Shown here piece after piece: positions 12,945-25,652 of a stretch of DNA of 64,000 bases. The DNA is from Octopus bimaculoides (taxonomy: Eukaryota). Below the pieces are notes generated by a model. That model was given only the letters and a program-made list of their open reading frames with translations, ran no database searches and was not told the DNA's origin. The DNA lies in contig NC_068986.1 in NCBI RefSeq assembly GCF_001194135.2, positions 57,301,591-57,365,590 on the forward strand, given 5' to 3'. Made by a program: the position numbers and the translations under genes. Position 1 is the stretch's first letter. The number at the start of each line of letters is the position of its first letter.

Positions 12945-13389
12945 GGAAATATAGCATTAATAAAATCTATTATCTGCAAAAATCCCCAACATACTCTCTT
13001 ACAGCTATTTCAAGTTAGCCTAAAAGATTAAATTACAATAATTAAATCCTTATATCAGGCAAAATCTCATCAGAGGGGTAGAAAAGGTATATCATTAGAT
13101 TATAGGTGTTGTGTTTTCGAATCATCTCAGTTGACTGAAGCTAAATTGAAATAGCTGTAAGAGAATATGTTGAATTTTTGCAGATAATAAATCATATTAA
13201 TGCTATATCTCCATTTTCTAAATTTTTAAAAATATTTATAAACCAAGATTTATATTTAGACCTATTATTTTATGAATATTATTATTCCCCAAAAAACTAG
13301 GCAATGAACTAGTAATTCAATGGTTATTACTATCTCTTAATGATGCTATTTTAACCTCTAATTGAATATATATATATAATTATATATAT

Positions 13390-13680
13390 ATAATTGGTGA
13401 AACATTGCACACTGGTGTCTATATTAATTAAAAATTGCTAATCACCTAGATTCATTAAAGATTTTAATAAATTCCAAACAATTCTAAGTAGGTCAATCTG
13501 GACTATTAAAGACAGAAACAAACATTATACCATCAACTGGGAATTAATTCGTACTGCAAAACCATACAAACCTGGAACTGGTAAATGTGACTTATGTATA
13601 GAAGAATATTACCATTCTAGACAAAATCAAGCTTTAAAATGCTTGCATGTGAGAAAATTTACCTTTGTTCAATATAAATA
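13390..13680 (+). mobile_element. PLE GIY-YIG endonuclease C-terminal relic (probably the same element as 10834-11900)
   Basis: ...IGETL..., then LSRSIWTIKDRNKHYTINWELIRTAKPYKPGTGKCDLCIEE, matching the PLE motif LSKYIWxLK...IxWxI...KPY...CxLCxxEK; same strand and downstream of the RT. Confidence 0.75.
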
Positions 13681-14380
13681 AATTATAAATATTTAAACAA
13701 CATAATTTTTTGAAATAACTGACGATAGGAAATAACGAGTGATTATCCAATCAATACTTAGAATTAAAGAGAGTTCACTTCTAAATTAACGTACAACTCC
13801 ACATCATTGAGCGCTAAGAATATCGACATAAAACTTTAACCAGTTAAATCTCAAAGGATATTAAAGTGAAGACCCCGAAGAAACTGTATCGGTATTATTG
13901 TGAGGGTGTAATTGCAACGGTTATTAACCGATACAGTAGAAACACGTGTAGGTTTATTTGAGGCTGTATTGTTATATGAAAACGAATTAAACGTAATGCT
14001 GATGCCACTTCGTAATAATCCTTATGATATANNNNNNNNNNNNNNNNNNNNNNNNNNNNNNNNNNNNNNNNNNNNNNNNNNNNNNNNNNNNNNNNNNNNN
14101 NNNNNNNNNNNNNNNNNNNNNNNNNNNNNNNNNNNNNNNNNNNNNNNNNNNNNNNNNNNNNNNNNNNNNNNNNNNNNNNNNNNNNNNNNNNNNNNNNNNN
14201 NNNNNNNNNNNNNNNNNNNNNNNNNNNNNNNNNNNNNNNNNNNNNNNNNNNNNNNNNNNNNNNNNNNNNNNNNNNNNNNNNNNNNNNNNNNNNNNNNNNN
14301 NNNNNNNNNATATATATATAGATATACACATATTTATGCATGTATATATACATACATATATATATACATGTGTTTGTATA

Positions 14381-14419
<39 letters not shown>

Positions 14420-14421
<2 letters not shown>

Positions 14422-15148
14422 CAAAACGAATCTGTACCATAGTTTCGGACATCAATACCCGTGAACGAAGATTCCTTGAACTCAGGTCAATACTAATCAA
14501 GAGATATTACCTAACATCATTAATAAAAGATGAGATTAAACGAGCAAAGGAAAACCAGAATTAAAAATACTCCCATACAGATCCACATACAACTCCTAGA
14601 AACAACGAGGCCTTCAACATTATCATCCAAAATCTACCCATCCTCACAGGAGATAAAACAATAAATTTGAGACTCACACAAAATTATGAAGAGTAAAATG
14701 CAACCGAAATCACTGAGAAAAATAGTAACCAACGCAAGATTATATCCATTAACAACGAAAACAAAAGTGAAAAAATGCGGTCGGCCTAATTGTGGCAACG
14801 CGCCCCCACATTTTGGAGAGTACAGAGTTCCACTTTAAACAAAGTGAAATATTTAAGATAAAATCAAATTTCAACTGTGCCTTCGAAAACCTGATCTATG
14901 CCATTACCTGCTTAAGGTGCGGTACTCATTATATTGGCCAAACAGGAATGTCACAAAGAACAAATCCGCTACCCACAATACAGTTACAAGTCAATGAATA
15001 CATAGAAAGGTGTGCTAGGAACCTTAATCCTAACTTGCAAATTTTTCCTTTATATCAATCTTCACAGAACACTTCATTTCAGCAAAGAATGAATGAAGAA
15101 GCAACTTTCATCAATAGATATCATCCACCACTCGACATGAACACATGA
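14420..15148 (+). mobile_element. Second PLE family: RT thumb, Cys-rich linker and GIY-YIG endonuclease (Neptune-like layout)
   Basis: [25 protein letters not shown]; KKCGRPNCG; FNCAFENLIYAITCLRCGTHYIGQTG (GIY-YIG); ends RMNEEATFINRYHPPLD. Frameshifts and stops are present. Confidence 0.85.
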
Positions 15149-15332
15149 CATAATATAGAACACTACTAACCTTACCAGTAATACCACTAATTCCCATATA
15201 TTCCATACACCATTCATATTACGGTATTACATCTACCCTAATTGCACCACTCCTAGAACTACTTACCTGCCTTGCATATAATCTTTTTACCCAGGGACTA
15301 GTAGACCCGACACCGTTTGGTAATCGGTGCGC

Positions 15333-15380
15333 ATTCAAAGTCAGTGAATAGCAATTGACGAAATCGGTATAACTTTGAAT
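15333..15380 (+). ncRNA. Degenerate type I hammerhead-ribozyme-like motif in the PLE 3' region
   Basis: Perfect 9-bp stem I (attcaaagt/actttgaat) enclosing cagtgaa (damaged CUGAnGA), a gcaattgac palindrome-like stem II, GAAA, a minimal stem III and an AUA triplet. Confidence 0.5.
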
Positions 15381-17790
15381 CCCTTTAACAATTCAAAATA
15401 ATGACTTTTATTCCTCTTAATTCTACCTCAGTTCATCTAATTGTATATATTTATCGTTACTTTTCATAAAAATGCCTTTATTTTTTAATATCCAATGTGC
15501 ATTTTCGCTTTTTTCTTCTTACTTTCCCCATATATCTACCACGTATAGTTTATTCTTCTCTTTGAAACCTATTTCTATCATATATATATATACATATATA
15601 TATATATGAGTGGGCCAAAATAAGTTCAATACACTCTGAAATTGTGAAAGACATGCTTCAATTTTTCTAAAATCGAATAAAATAAATAANNNNNNNNNNN
15701 NNNNNNNNNNNNNNNNNNNNNNNNNNNNNNNNNNNNNNNNNNNNNNNNNNNNNNNNNNNNNNNNNNNNNNNNNNNNNNNNNNNNNNNNNNNNNNNNNNNN
15801 NNNNNNNNNNNNNNNNNNNNNNNNNNNNNNNNNNNNNNNNNNNNNNNNNNNNNNNNNNNNNNNNNNNNNNNNNNNNNNNNNNNNNNNNNNNNNNNNNNNN
15901 NNNNNNNNNNNNNNNNNNNNNNNNNNNNNNNNNNNNNNNNNNNNNNNNNNNNNNNNNNNNNNNNNNNNNNNNNNNNNNNNNNNNNNNNNNNNNNNNNNNN
16001 NNNNNNNNNNNNNNNNNNNNNNNNNNNNNNNNNNNNNNNNNNNNNNNNNNNNNNNNNNNATATATATATATATATATATATATACCCGTACACGCAAACA
16101 CATGCATGTATATAAATGTTCCATCACACGTATACACATATACTTACTAATGTTACATTGATGTTTTCACAAGAATAACCAACACCACGTCTTTTCGTCA
16201 TCTCCTTTTCTGTATTTTGTTTTTATTCGTAGCTTTTACCTTTTTTTACTCGAATGACTGCCCAAGAGTGTAGTTATGTTAAACTTACATCTATGTTAAC
16301 AAGGTATTATTTTGTTCTAAATCAGAAATCTGTTTCATCTGTCAACAACTCTTATTTTCCACATGATATCATAGGTCAAATATTTGTGGGAAAATAAGGT
16401 ATAAGTTTCCTTGCCAGATTTCATAAGAGATATGCTAATGATCTACGTGACACGACAGTAAACAAACAAACAAATAAAAGAAACGATCAGTGTGATGATT
16501 TCAATACAGCTTGCAAACGTTTACACATTTACTCATTCGAACTACTTTCGCCATGTTATTATTTGCGCTCTCAGTTTCGCAATGGCCGAATGGCCATGGA
16601 TAGAACGCATCAACCGTTTCATTTCATGCGTTGCCATCTTATATCGCGTTACTTGTAGAAAGTTCTTCGGTGTTTTACATACACTGCCTTAGTATTGCAT
16701 GTTCATTTCATGAAAATGCAATGCGTACATGAAATGAACGAATACAAATCTTTATTCTAGATAACACAAGAAGGATAAGTCAAAATGTTATTAAGAATAT
16801 TCGAGGTTGGAAACCGAAAAAGAGAGAAAAAAAGTAGAGAAGGAACAAATACACTTGTGTTATTGGCATTGTATTCTTTTAAATGAAATGCATAATTAGG
16901 AGATGATCTTTGTTTCGTAGTTAGCTTCAAAGAAATATGACAAAGCTTAAAACGATATTAAAACAGCCAATCCAAGCCATGCAGTTTAATAGGCTCGTCT
17001 CATTTTTTTTTATGGCTTAGTCAAAGGAGGAAGGGCAACATACATGACCTTTGCAAGGCCTCCGAGACCGGGGAGAGGGAAAGGGCGGAAGAAATTACGA
17101 TTCATAGCAACTCATAACTTGCTGCAGTAGGAAGCAACGTTTTAGAATATCGAGATATCGAATTAGCTTTTCAGCGGGAATATGATCCGTCTCCGAGTAA
17201 AAATGTCTCTGGTTAAAACAGCCAAGGGACAAATGATTTTAAGCTGGGTTACAGGTCTGGTGTGCCCCATTCAATTCAATATGTGCCTATCTCAAATATT
17301 TTCCTCTTGTTTCGAATTTATCATGAAAGAGCTGCTTCGTCAACTTTAGTGGGATTTAAATTACTGGAGTTGTGTCACAGTAATATAATTAGAATAGAGT
17401 GAAAAGTTATCTGCAGTTAATACGCGGTGGGTGTTTTGTCAGAATCAGAAAAACGTCAGACAGTACACATTACGGCAGTTAATCCGGTGTCAGTAAACTA
17501 AGGAACGGGTCAAGAACTGGTGTCGTTATATTTTACTGTATTCTGTCTTTCAATATTGTGGTTTCTATAAGAAATTTGAAATTATTAATTTGAAATAATT
17601 TCTAAGGATAAGAAACTAATTATTTGTATTCATACTTATTGTGCATGATTTAGTGGTATTTCAATCCATGTTCATGAGATTAGAGACTAATTTGAGTCGC
17701 TTCACTATCTTCAGCCTCGTTATATCTGTGATTGGTGTACACTATTTATAACCACTTATACACAGAACTTGTTTCTTTGTAAAATCCGAG

Positions 17791-17824
<34 letters not shown>

Positions 17825-17827
17825 GCG

Positions 17828-17930
<103 letters not shown>

Positions 17931-19306
17931 CATAACGCAGTTTTGTCAAAAGCATATATTATGAACTATGAAGTTAAAAAATATACTTTTAAAAACGATT
18001 TTCGCTTTTATTTATACTAATTTTATCATGGATTTTGCACGCAATTGAATTAAACACTTAGTTTAGATTTCTGATTTCAGGTATTTCAGTTCGCATACAG
18101 TGTTCTTAATTTGTGAGTTGCATAAAATCAACGTAATTTTCCTAATTCTATAAAACTAATGCGTTGAAAATGATCGTGTTCACTTTGTATAATTTTTATC
18201 GTCAGGATGCGTAAGACTAAATTTTGTAAGTGGAAGGTATATACAGTTAATTGAGTAAACACAAGTACCGTAAAATTCCATGTTTAATATACTACAGTTT
18301 ATATCACACATCTCAGTTTCGATTGTCGAGATTGTCTAAAAGAATCTATGCCATGTATAATAAACAGGTTCTGGCAAAATTGCTATAAGAGCTGACAATC
18401 CACTATAATGAGATATATTAGTTTTATACATATGAAAAAAATCTAAATAGTAAAATTTCATAACATAAATGTTATATTTCTAATAAAAGGTGAAATCCAT
18501 GCATAATACGCGAGTATGCATTGAACATAGATTTTATTAAGCCATCAGATGTAAGGCCAAACCTGAATGAACATAAGGTAGTCTGACAATTTTTCTTTTC
18601 TGTCACTTTCGCTCGCTGCCTACATTTCCAGGTTTTTTGAGAATCAAAAGAACAGAATTTTGACACTCTTTTACGCTAACTATATATAATTAGTTCTATA
18701 TAGATTTTTTCTATGTATCAAAGATGTTTAAATAAATAATGTTTGCTACAAAAACAAATAAAGGCAGCTAGAGGGAAAAGCAAGCAAAATGTCGAAAGAA
18801 AAGTAAGAGTAGAAAGTGAAGTTTTACAGTTCACTACTTACTTTATTCAAGTATTTAGAATATGTTTATATACTTTCTCTTAAATGCCATAAAAATATCA
18901 CAGTGTGTCAGGAGTTCTGGCCTCATACCACTTTCTTATATTTGATTTAGAAGGTAAGACCTTTGAAGAAACATATTGGTTTAGATATCTTGCCGAAAGC
19001 GAGACCGTATTATAATATTGTATCATAACAGTAAACATCAGCATCTCTTCTCTTCCTTACCTGAAGCATCGAACAAAAATTGAACTTCACCTTCCTACCT
19101 ACCTACCTACCTACCTACATACATACATACATACATATATACATACATACATATATACATACGTACGTATATACATACATACGTGGATGCATACATATAT
19201 TCATAAATACTGTCATAGGTACATAAATTCACACATACTTACATATACACACACACACGCACACACACACACACACACATATATATAAGGCTGTATAGAA
19301 GAATGT

Positions 19307-19342
<36 letters not shown>

Positions 19343-19860
19343 TTTATGGCAATAGTTTCTGCTACGAGCAACGCTTTTCCTCGTAAAATCGACCAGTCTA
19401 AGAATATATTTCTATTTTTTTTACCGTTCTTTTACAGTTGTGTAACCCTTGAATAAAGTATTTACAGAAAATATTACAAAAACTATACGAAACAGTCATA
19501 GCATTTAATGCTTGACTACACCTATTATAACTACTGACAAATTTCTCGTCATTTATACACATTTCAACGATATACTTGACCAACTCCAACAATCGAGATA
19601 TTAAATCAAGACGCTTAGTAGGAATATGATAATCAAACTAAAACATACTATAAACATATGGCTTACATAGTGAGGGAAAGTTAATTTTATTTCCAGGTAA
19701 TTTCCTAGTTTAAATGTTTGGCTCAATTATCTAAATGACATAAGATTTTCCAGTGTTCTGCAGATCGACGGCATTATTCGTAGGCGAGGAGAAACAGTAA
19801 TTTAATGTTTGAGTATCCCCCCCCCCACCAAATTTTTTAATTGTTTCAGATACTAAACTT

Positions 19861-20158
19861 CTTTGTAAGCCTAGTACTTATTCTATCGGTCTCTTTCACC
19901 GAACCGCTAAGTTACGGGGACGTAAACACACTAGCACCGGTTGTCAAGCGCTGTGGTGAGACAAACACAAAGTCACACACACACTCACACACTCACACAC
20001 ACATACAACGGGGATTCTTCTTGTTTCCGTCTGCCACATACACTCACAAGGCTTTGGTCGGCCCGAGACTATAGCAGAAGACACTTGGCCAAAGTACCAC
20101 GCAGTGAGCCTGAACCATGTGGTTGGGAAGCAAGCTTCTTACCGCTCAGCTACGCCTA
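19861..20158 (-). mobile_element. SINE family B with internal (CA)n
   Basis: Reverse complement of ggcgtagctgagcggtaagaagcttgcttcccaaccacatggttcagg...ctatagtctcgggccgaccaaagccttgtgag...gttcggtgaaagagaccgatagaataagtactaggcttacaaag. Confidence 0.85.
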
Positions 20159-21211
20159 TATATAAATATTTGTAGAAAAAGAAAAAGGACGTTTAATTCT
20201 TCTAAGTGAAATTGTTAAACATAGCTCTAAACAAGAGGCGAGGAACTGAAAACGACTTCAAAATAATAATAATCTTACATTAACGGCAGTAGTAATAATA
20301 AAAGCATTCTGTGACCCTTAATCTGTGACACTAGATTTTGATTTTTCTTGGAGCTATTATTTCAGTTAATTTACACTACGTGTACGTCAGTTCATCAGAT
20401 TTTTCGGTAGTTGTATGCAAGAACGTGTGACTAGAAGTCCACTTCGCATTCATGTGTTTCCGGGTTCGTATGGTTAGTAGCACAATCTAAATTATGCATT
20501 TCTTTAATGTATACCATTTCGCTTAAAAACTCGTTGATTCTACTAACCAATTTTGGACTTAATTTCCAAAATCTTAAAAAAAAACTAATGGTACCAACTA
20601 GGCTCTTACCCCACGTAAACAAATGATATATGTGTGGACATACACAAACACAGACACATACATATACAATGGAATTGTGGACAGTACTCTCCGACTAAAT
20701 TCCTCGCTTAAAATTAACGGGCGCGGACGCGTGTGTGTATTAAAAGCTTAGATCTTATAACCGATCACCGGGTATTGTTGAAAAAAATTACGAAGCAAAA
20801 AATTTAGGGTGGTCACAAATATATTTTGTGAGATTGAAAACATCAATTATACTTTAGTATAAAACGCAGCGGAGAGAAGTAACGATGAACTGGTTCCAAA
20901 TTTTGATCTATTTGGTACAGTTCCAGTTTTGCTTTGATTCCATTAAGACGTGTGTAATGGTGTGCATTCACTTATTTTTCATTTTAGATAGCATTGCAGA
21001 ATTTCAAAATATTCTAGTTCTTCAATATTTTGAAAGTATGTAAATGCAGAAAGCTGATTTTAGGTACAAAAAGTCAACTTTTTTGCTGCAACTTACAGAC
21101 GTAAAATGGCTTGAGATGCAAGTGTAATTACAAATGATATCGTCATTTTCATTAAACTTCAATAGAAGACCACAGTCATTTAACATACATTTATCTATGC
21201 ANNNNNNNNNN

Positions 21212-21245
<34 letters not shown>

Positions 21246-21362
21246 CAGGGTACATGGGGTCAACACATACTTTAAGAAATTATTAATTCGTATATTTAAT
21301 TGTTTATGTCATGATTTTATTTACTTATTTACTCCGTGTACCCAGACTTTGTGGACACCCTG
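21246..21362. mobile_element. Tc1/mariner-derived mini-element (117 bp)
   Basis: TA flanks. The right end reverse complement is cagggtgtccacaaagtctgggtacacggagt; the left end cagggtacatggggt looks like the same TIR with a deletion between gggt microhomologies. Confidence 0.5.
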
Positions 21363-21373
21363 TATATATATAT

Positions 21374-21410
<37 letters not shown>

Positions 21411-21560
21411 ACATAGTGTAAACAAAATACGTGTGCGTATGCGTGTGTTCATATGTATATATATACATATATGTATATGTAAATATATGCCTATATTTAC
21501 ATACACATTCATACACATATATCCGCGTTTGCAGCGAGAAACACGCATAATGATATACAG

Positions 21561-21594
<34 letters not shown>

Positions 21595-21646
21595 CCTATC
21601 CCTCCCATCTCTCAATATATACATATATATACACACATGTACAAAC

Positions 21647-21705
<59 letters not shown>

Positions 21706-22305
21706 NNNNNNNNNNNNNNNNNNNNNNNNNNNNNNNNNNNNNNNNNNNNNNNNNNNNNNNNNNNNNNNNNNNNNNNNNNNNNNNNNNNNNNNNNNNNNNN
21801 NNNNNNNNNNNNNNNNNNNNNNNNNNNNNNNNNNNNNNNNNNNNNNNNNNNNNNNNNNNNNNNNNNNNNNNNNNNNNNNNNNNNNNNNNNNNNNNNNNNN
21901 NNNNNNNNNNNNNNNNNNNNNNNNNNNNNNNNNNNNNNNNNNNNNNNNNNNNNNNNNNNNNNNNNNNNNNNNNNNNNNNNNNNNNNNNNNNNNNNNNNNN
22001 NNNNNNNNNNNNNNNNNNNNNNNNNNNNNNNNNNNNNNNNNNNNNNNNNNNNNNNNNNNNNNNNNNNNNNNNNNNNNNNNNNNNNNNNNNNNNNNNNNNN
22101 NNNNNNNNNNNNNNNNNNNNNNNNNNNNNNNNNNNNNNNNNNNNNNNNNNNNNNNNNNNNNNNNNNNNNNNNNNNNNNNNNNNNNNNNNNNNNNNNNNNN
22201 NNNNNNNNNNNNNNNNNNNNNNNNNNNNNNNNNNNNNNNNNNNNNNNNNNNNNNNNNNNNNNNNNNNNNNNNNNNNNNNNNNNNNNNNNNNNNNNNNNNN
22301 NNNNN

Positions 22306-22340
<35 letters not shown>

Positions 22341-22412
22341 CATGCATGCATACATACATACATACATACATACATACATACATACATACATACATACATA
22401 CATACATACATA

Positions 22413-23628
22413 GCAAGTCATTAAGAATGAAGTGTTTGATTTTGAACTGAAAATTTATTTTACTTTATCTCAACAAAAATATGTACATAAATTATGAACA
22501 CGATTTTATCAGTAGCTGATTTATGCCGGCAACGAAAAATTCTGGAGGGCAAGAAGTGATGAAATCACGAAAGGCTGTTTTTGCATCTATTTCAAATTTG
22601 GAGTTTTTTCCTTGCAAAAAGTTGTTTAATAACTGGAAAATGTGATAGCCAGTTGGTGCAAGGTCTGGTGAATATGATGGATGACAGAGTACTTCGAAGT
22701 TCAGTTCCTGTAACTTCAGTAGTGTTGTTTGTGTAACTTGTGGTCGAGCATTGTCATGCAAGAGAATTGGCCTATCACTATTGACCAATCTCGGTTGTTT
22801 AATTGTAAATTCACTCATCATTTCATCCAATTCCTTGATGTATACATGCGCTGTAATTGACTTATCATGAAGCAGTAGTGGGTGACACCTGCGCTGGACC
22901 ACCAAACAATACTATTAGCTTTTTTTGGTAAATAGTCTATTTAGGATTTTGTTTTGGCACTTCGTCTCTGTCCAACCACCGTGAAGAACTCTTACTATTG
23001 TTGAAAAGAATCCATTTTTCATCACACGTAGCAATACGATGCAGAAATACTTCGCTTTTATGCCGTGACAGCAAAGAACAGCAAGTTGCAAGACGAACTT
23101 GTCATTTGATGCTTGTTCACTTCGTCTGATACCCACTTGTCAAGCTTCATTACCCTGTCGATTTGTTTCAGATGGTCCAATACAGTTGGAATCGAAACAT
23201 CAAACATTGATGCTAACTCACGCGTAGTTTGAGATGTATCCACTTCCACTACAGTTTCCAGCTCATCATTATCCACCTTGGTTTCAGATCTACCACCGAG
23301 CTGATTTTCAAGTGTAAAGTCACCAGACCAGAACTTCTCAAACCGTCGACGTACACCTCATTGATGTTTCTAGCTGTCTGGGATACATTGGTTCCACGAC
23401 GGAACTCATACTCATAAACAACACGAATTTTTTATCTATCCATGGGCCCATAAAATTAATTTACAAGAGAAAACTCACAATATAATCAGACACCATGAAT
23501 TGCATTTCGATAAGTGATCAGGTAACTCGTCAGCGTTGTAAAACAAATTGTCAGGATAAAACATTAGAGTTAACAACTGTCAAACTTGGTGCGTAAGAAA
23601 ATCGAACATTTCGTTCTTAATGACCTGA
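22413..23628 (-). mobile_element. Full-length decayed mariner transposon (DD34D type)
   Basis: About 32-bp imperfect TIRs (gcaagtcattaagaatgaagtgtttgatttt / tcaggtcattaagaacgaaatgttcgatttt) with TA on both sides. The transposase starts at ATG 23443 (MDR*KIRVVYEYEFRRGTNVSQTARNINE), then KLDKWV, LLHDNARP and HPSYSPDLAPTGYHIF (third D changed to G); multiple frameshifts. Confidence 0.93.
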
Positions 23629-23664
23629 TATATACATACATACATTGGTTGGATAGTTCAGTCA

Positions 23665-23708
23665 GCGCCTGACGAACGTACTTACGTAAATGAAATTATT
23701 AGTAGCGC
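23665..23708 (+). ncRNA. Hammerhead-like motif (type I layout), imperfect
   Basis: gcgc-CTGACGA-acgt(actt)acgt-aaat-GAAA-ttatta-GTA-gcgc; four extra nucleotides lie between stem II and GAAA, and stem III is weak. Confidence 0.3.
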
Positions 23709-23929
23709 ATATAATGCATGTTGTGTGAAGCATTTATAGTAATATTAGACTTTCATTAGATGGAGTACTCCTTTTATTGATTTTTACACAAATGAACTTC
23801 GTATATATATATATATATATATATAAACGTCCTGTACCCATATATGCATGTATATAAACATGTATATATAGGCATGTAGATATATGTATGTATATATGCA
23901 TATATTTATATATTATTTATATTATTATA

Positions 23930-24620
23930 TGATCGAACGCCACGCATCCATTTCCAAGTAAGTTGTATCTTAATAATTCCGATGCACACTTTACATCCTA
24001 TCTCTATTCTATCAATCTCCCTCTCTTGTTCTTCTTCTTTTCACCCTTTCGTTATTCTTCTCCTCTCCCCTTCACCGTTCACCCTCTCTCTCTCACTCTT
24101 CCTCCTTGACTTTCTCGTTGCTCACACGTGACCAACCGCTATCTATCTTTCTTCCTTCCACTTCCTTCCTAAAGACAAGACGTGCTTTTGCGTGTCTCTT
24201 CTCAAAGCTCGTTTTTTCAGCGTTCACCACTTCACATCGTCATGGCTTAACAGCCCTAACTTCTTTTTTTGTTACTGGTTTGTTCTTACTGTCCTGTTTT
24301 TTTTTACCACTTTAACCTTCCGCAGAAAATCCCAAATTTCATTTAATTTCTTTTGCGGGAAGGACTGTTTTAACGAGGTCGCATCTTGTCCCTATCTTTG
24401 ACACGCGGAGTAGATAAAACTGGAGCAACTGATGAATATTCTTTATGTTGCCTGTCTCGTTTCTCTATTTGTTTCTTTCGTTGTTCGAAAAAAGTTCGTT
24501 TTCTATGTTTTTGTTTTTTATGTCATTTTGTTCATGTCTTTTTGACGTCCTGTACCTATATATGCATGTATATATATACATATATATATGTAGGTATGTA
24601 CATATATGCATATATTTGTA
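23930..24620 (+). mobile_element. Unclassified ~700-bp non-coding dispersed repeat (family D), copy A
   Basis: Head atgatcgaacgcc, CT-rich tract, body ctgttttaacga...actgatgaa...cctgtacc..atatgcat and a TACA-rich tail; homologous to 25010-25520 (+) and 58290-59035 (-). Confidence 0.6.
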
Positions 24621-24779
24621 TATTATTTATATTATTAGATACATACATACATAGACAGACAATCATACAGACAGACGCACAGACAGACAGACAGACAGTT
24701 ATATATATGCGAGTAAAAATAAATACAAAAAAGGGGTTTTGTATGATTGTGTATAGAGGAATATATTATTTTGTTTAAA

Positions 24780-25010
24780 AGAGTTCCAACACTGTTTTTT
24801 ATGTTTTATTTATATTCCTGGAAGTGAACGGATGCTGCATTCATCTCCATCCCCGCACGGTGACTGTTGATAGAATGAGAGAATCAATGATGAGTCCACC
24901 CTACTTGAATGGCTATTTCTACGGAATTGAAGTCCAGAACAGTTTGCACAACTCCACAACGACAGCACTAAATTCATTTTCAAGAATAGCCCACGGTTTC
25001 AAATCAGGAT
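24780..25010 (-). mobile_element. Possible Tc1/mariner 3' remnant
   Basis: Minus-strand NPDLKPWAILE resembles SPDLNP..W.ILE; the rest is heavily decayed. Confidence 0.25.
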
Positions 25011-25520
25011 TCCTCCCCTGTTTTCTCCCGCTACCATTCTTTCTCCTTACCCCTCGATGGTCAGATGTGTCCAGCTTTACTTCCTTTCTTCCTTGGCTAT
25101 CGCAAAGCACGTACGCGAACTATTCTTCGTCCCTCTACATTCCAGTTCGTTGCTTCACAGAGTTTAATATACACATATTTTTCCAGATCTGGCCGTAGAG
25201 CCTTTTATGTTTATTCTACTATTTCGTTTTCCTGTCTTCTTTTCTGTCCGTCACTACATTCCTCCAGGGTACAAGTTTAATTTGTGGTCTGTGGGAAGAG
25301 CCATTTTAACGATGCGTCCTGCGCTAACTCTTCGAAACGCCAGTGTTGAATGGTGGCAGCTGATGAAGGAAATGTTCTCTATGTGGCCTGTGTGTGTTTT
25401 TGTACTTGTTTATCGTTTTGTCTACGCTTTGTTTGCAATGTCCTGTACCCAGATATGCATCTATATATACAGGTTGATGTAAGGATGTACATACATGTAC
25501 GTATATATGCATATACTGCA
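25010..25520 (+). mobile_element. Family D repeat, copy B (5'-truncated), followed by (AG)n/(TACA)n
   Basis: About 450 bp alignable by eye to the reverse complement of 58290-58720, for example ttttaacgatgcgtcctgc..ctcttcgaaacgcc.gtgtt...gctgatgaag...cctgtacccagatatgca. Confidence 0.75.
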
Positions 25521-25616
25521 TATATATATATGAAGAGAGAGAGAGAGAGAGATATAGATAGATATAGATATACACATACATACATACATACATACATACA
25601 TACATACATACATACA

Positions 25617-25652
<36 letters not shown>

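Noticed and set aside
13716-13895. ctgacga and gtgaaga...gaaac strings downstream of the first PLE
   Set aside because: The position is right for a pLTR ribozyme, but the stems cannot be reconstructed.
16692-16745. 12-bp perfect inverted repeat (gttcatttcatg/catgaaatgaac) as a pre-miRNA
   Set aside because: The stem is too short and interrupted for a canonical animal pre-miRNA; such hairpins are common in AT-rich DNA.
18770-19800. Possible small plus-strand exons (MSKE.., VSGVLASYHFLIFDLE, LQIDGIIRRRGET) and a strong minus-strand donor near 19040
   Set aside because: Splice-like signals are present, but the pieces are very short, point to both strands and do not chain into one consistent ORF.
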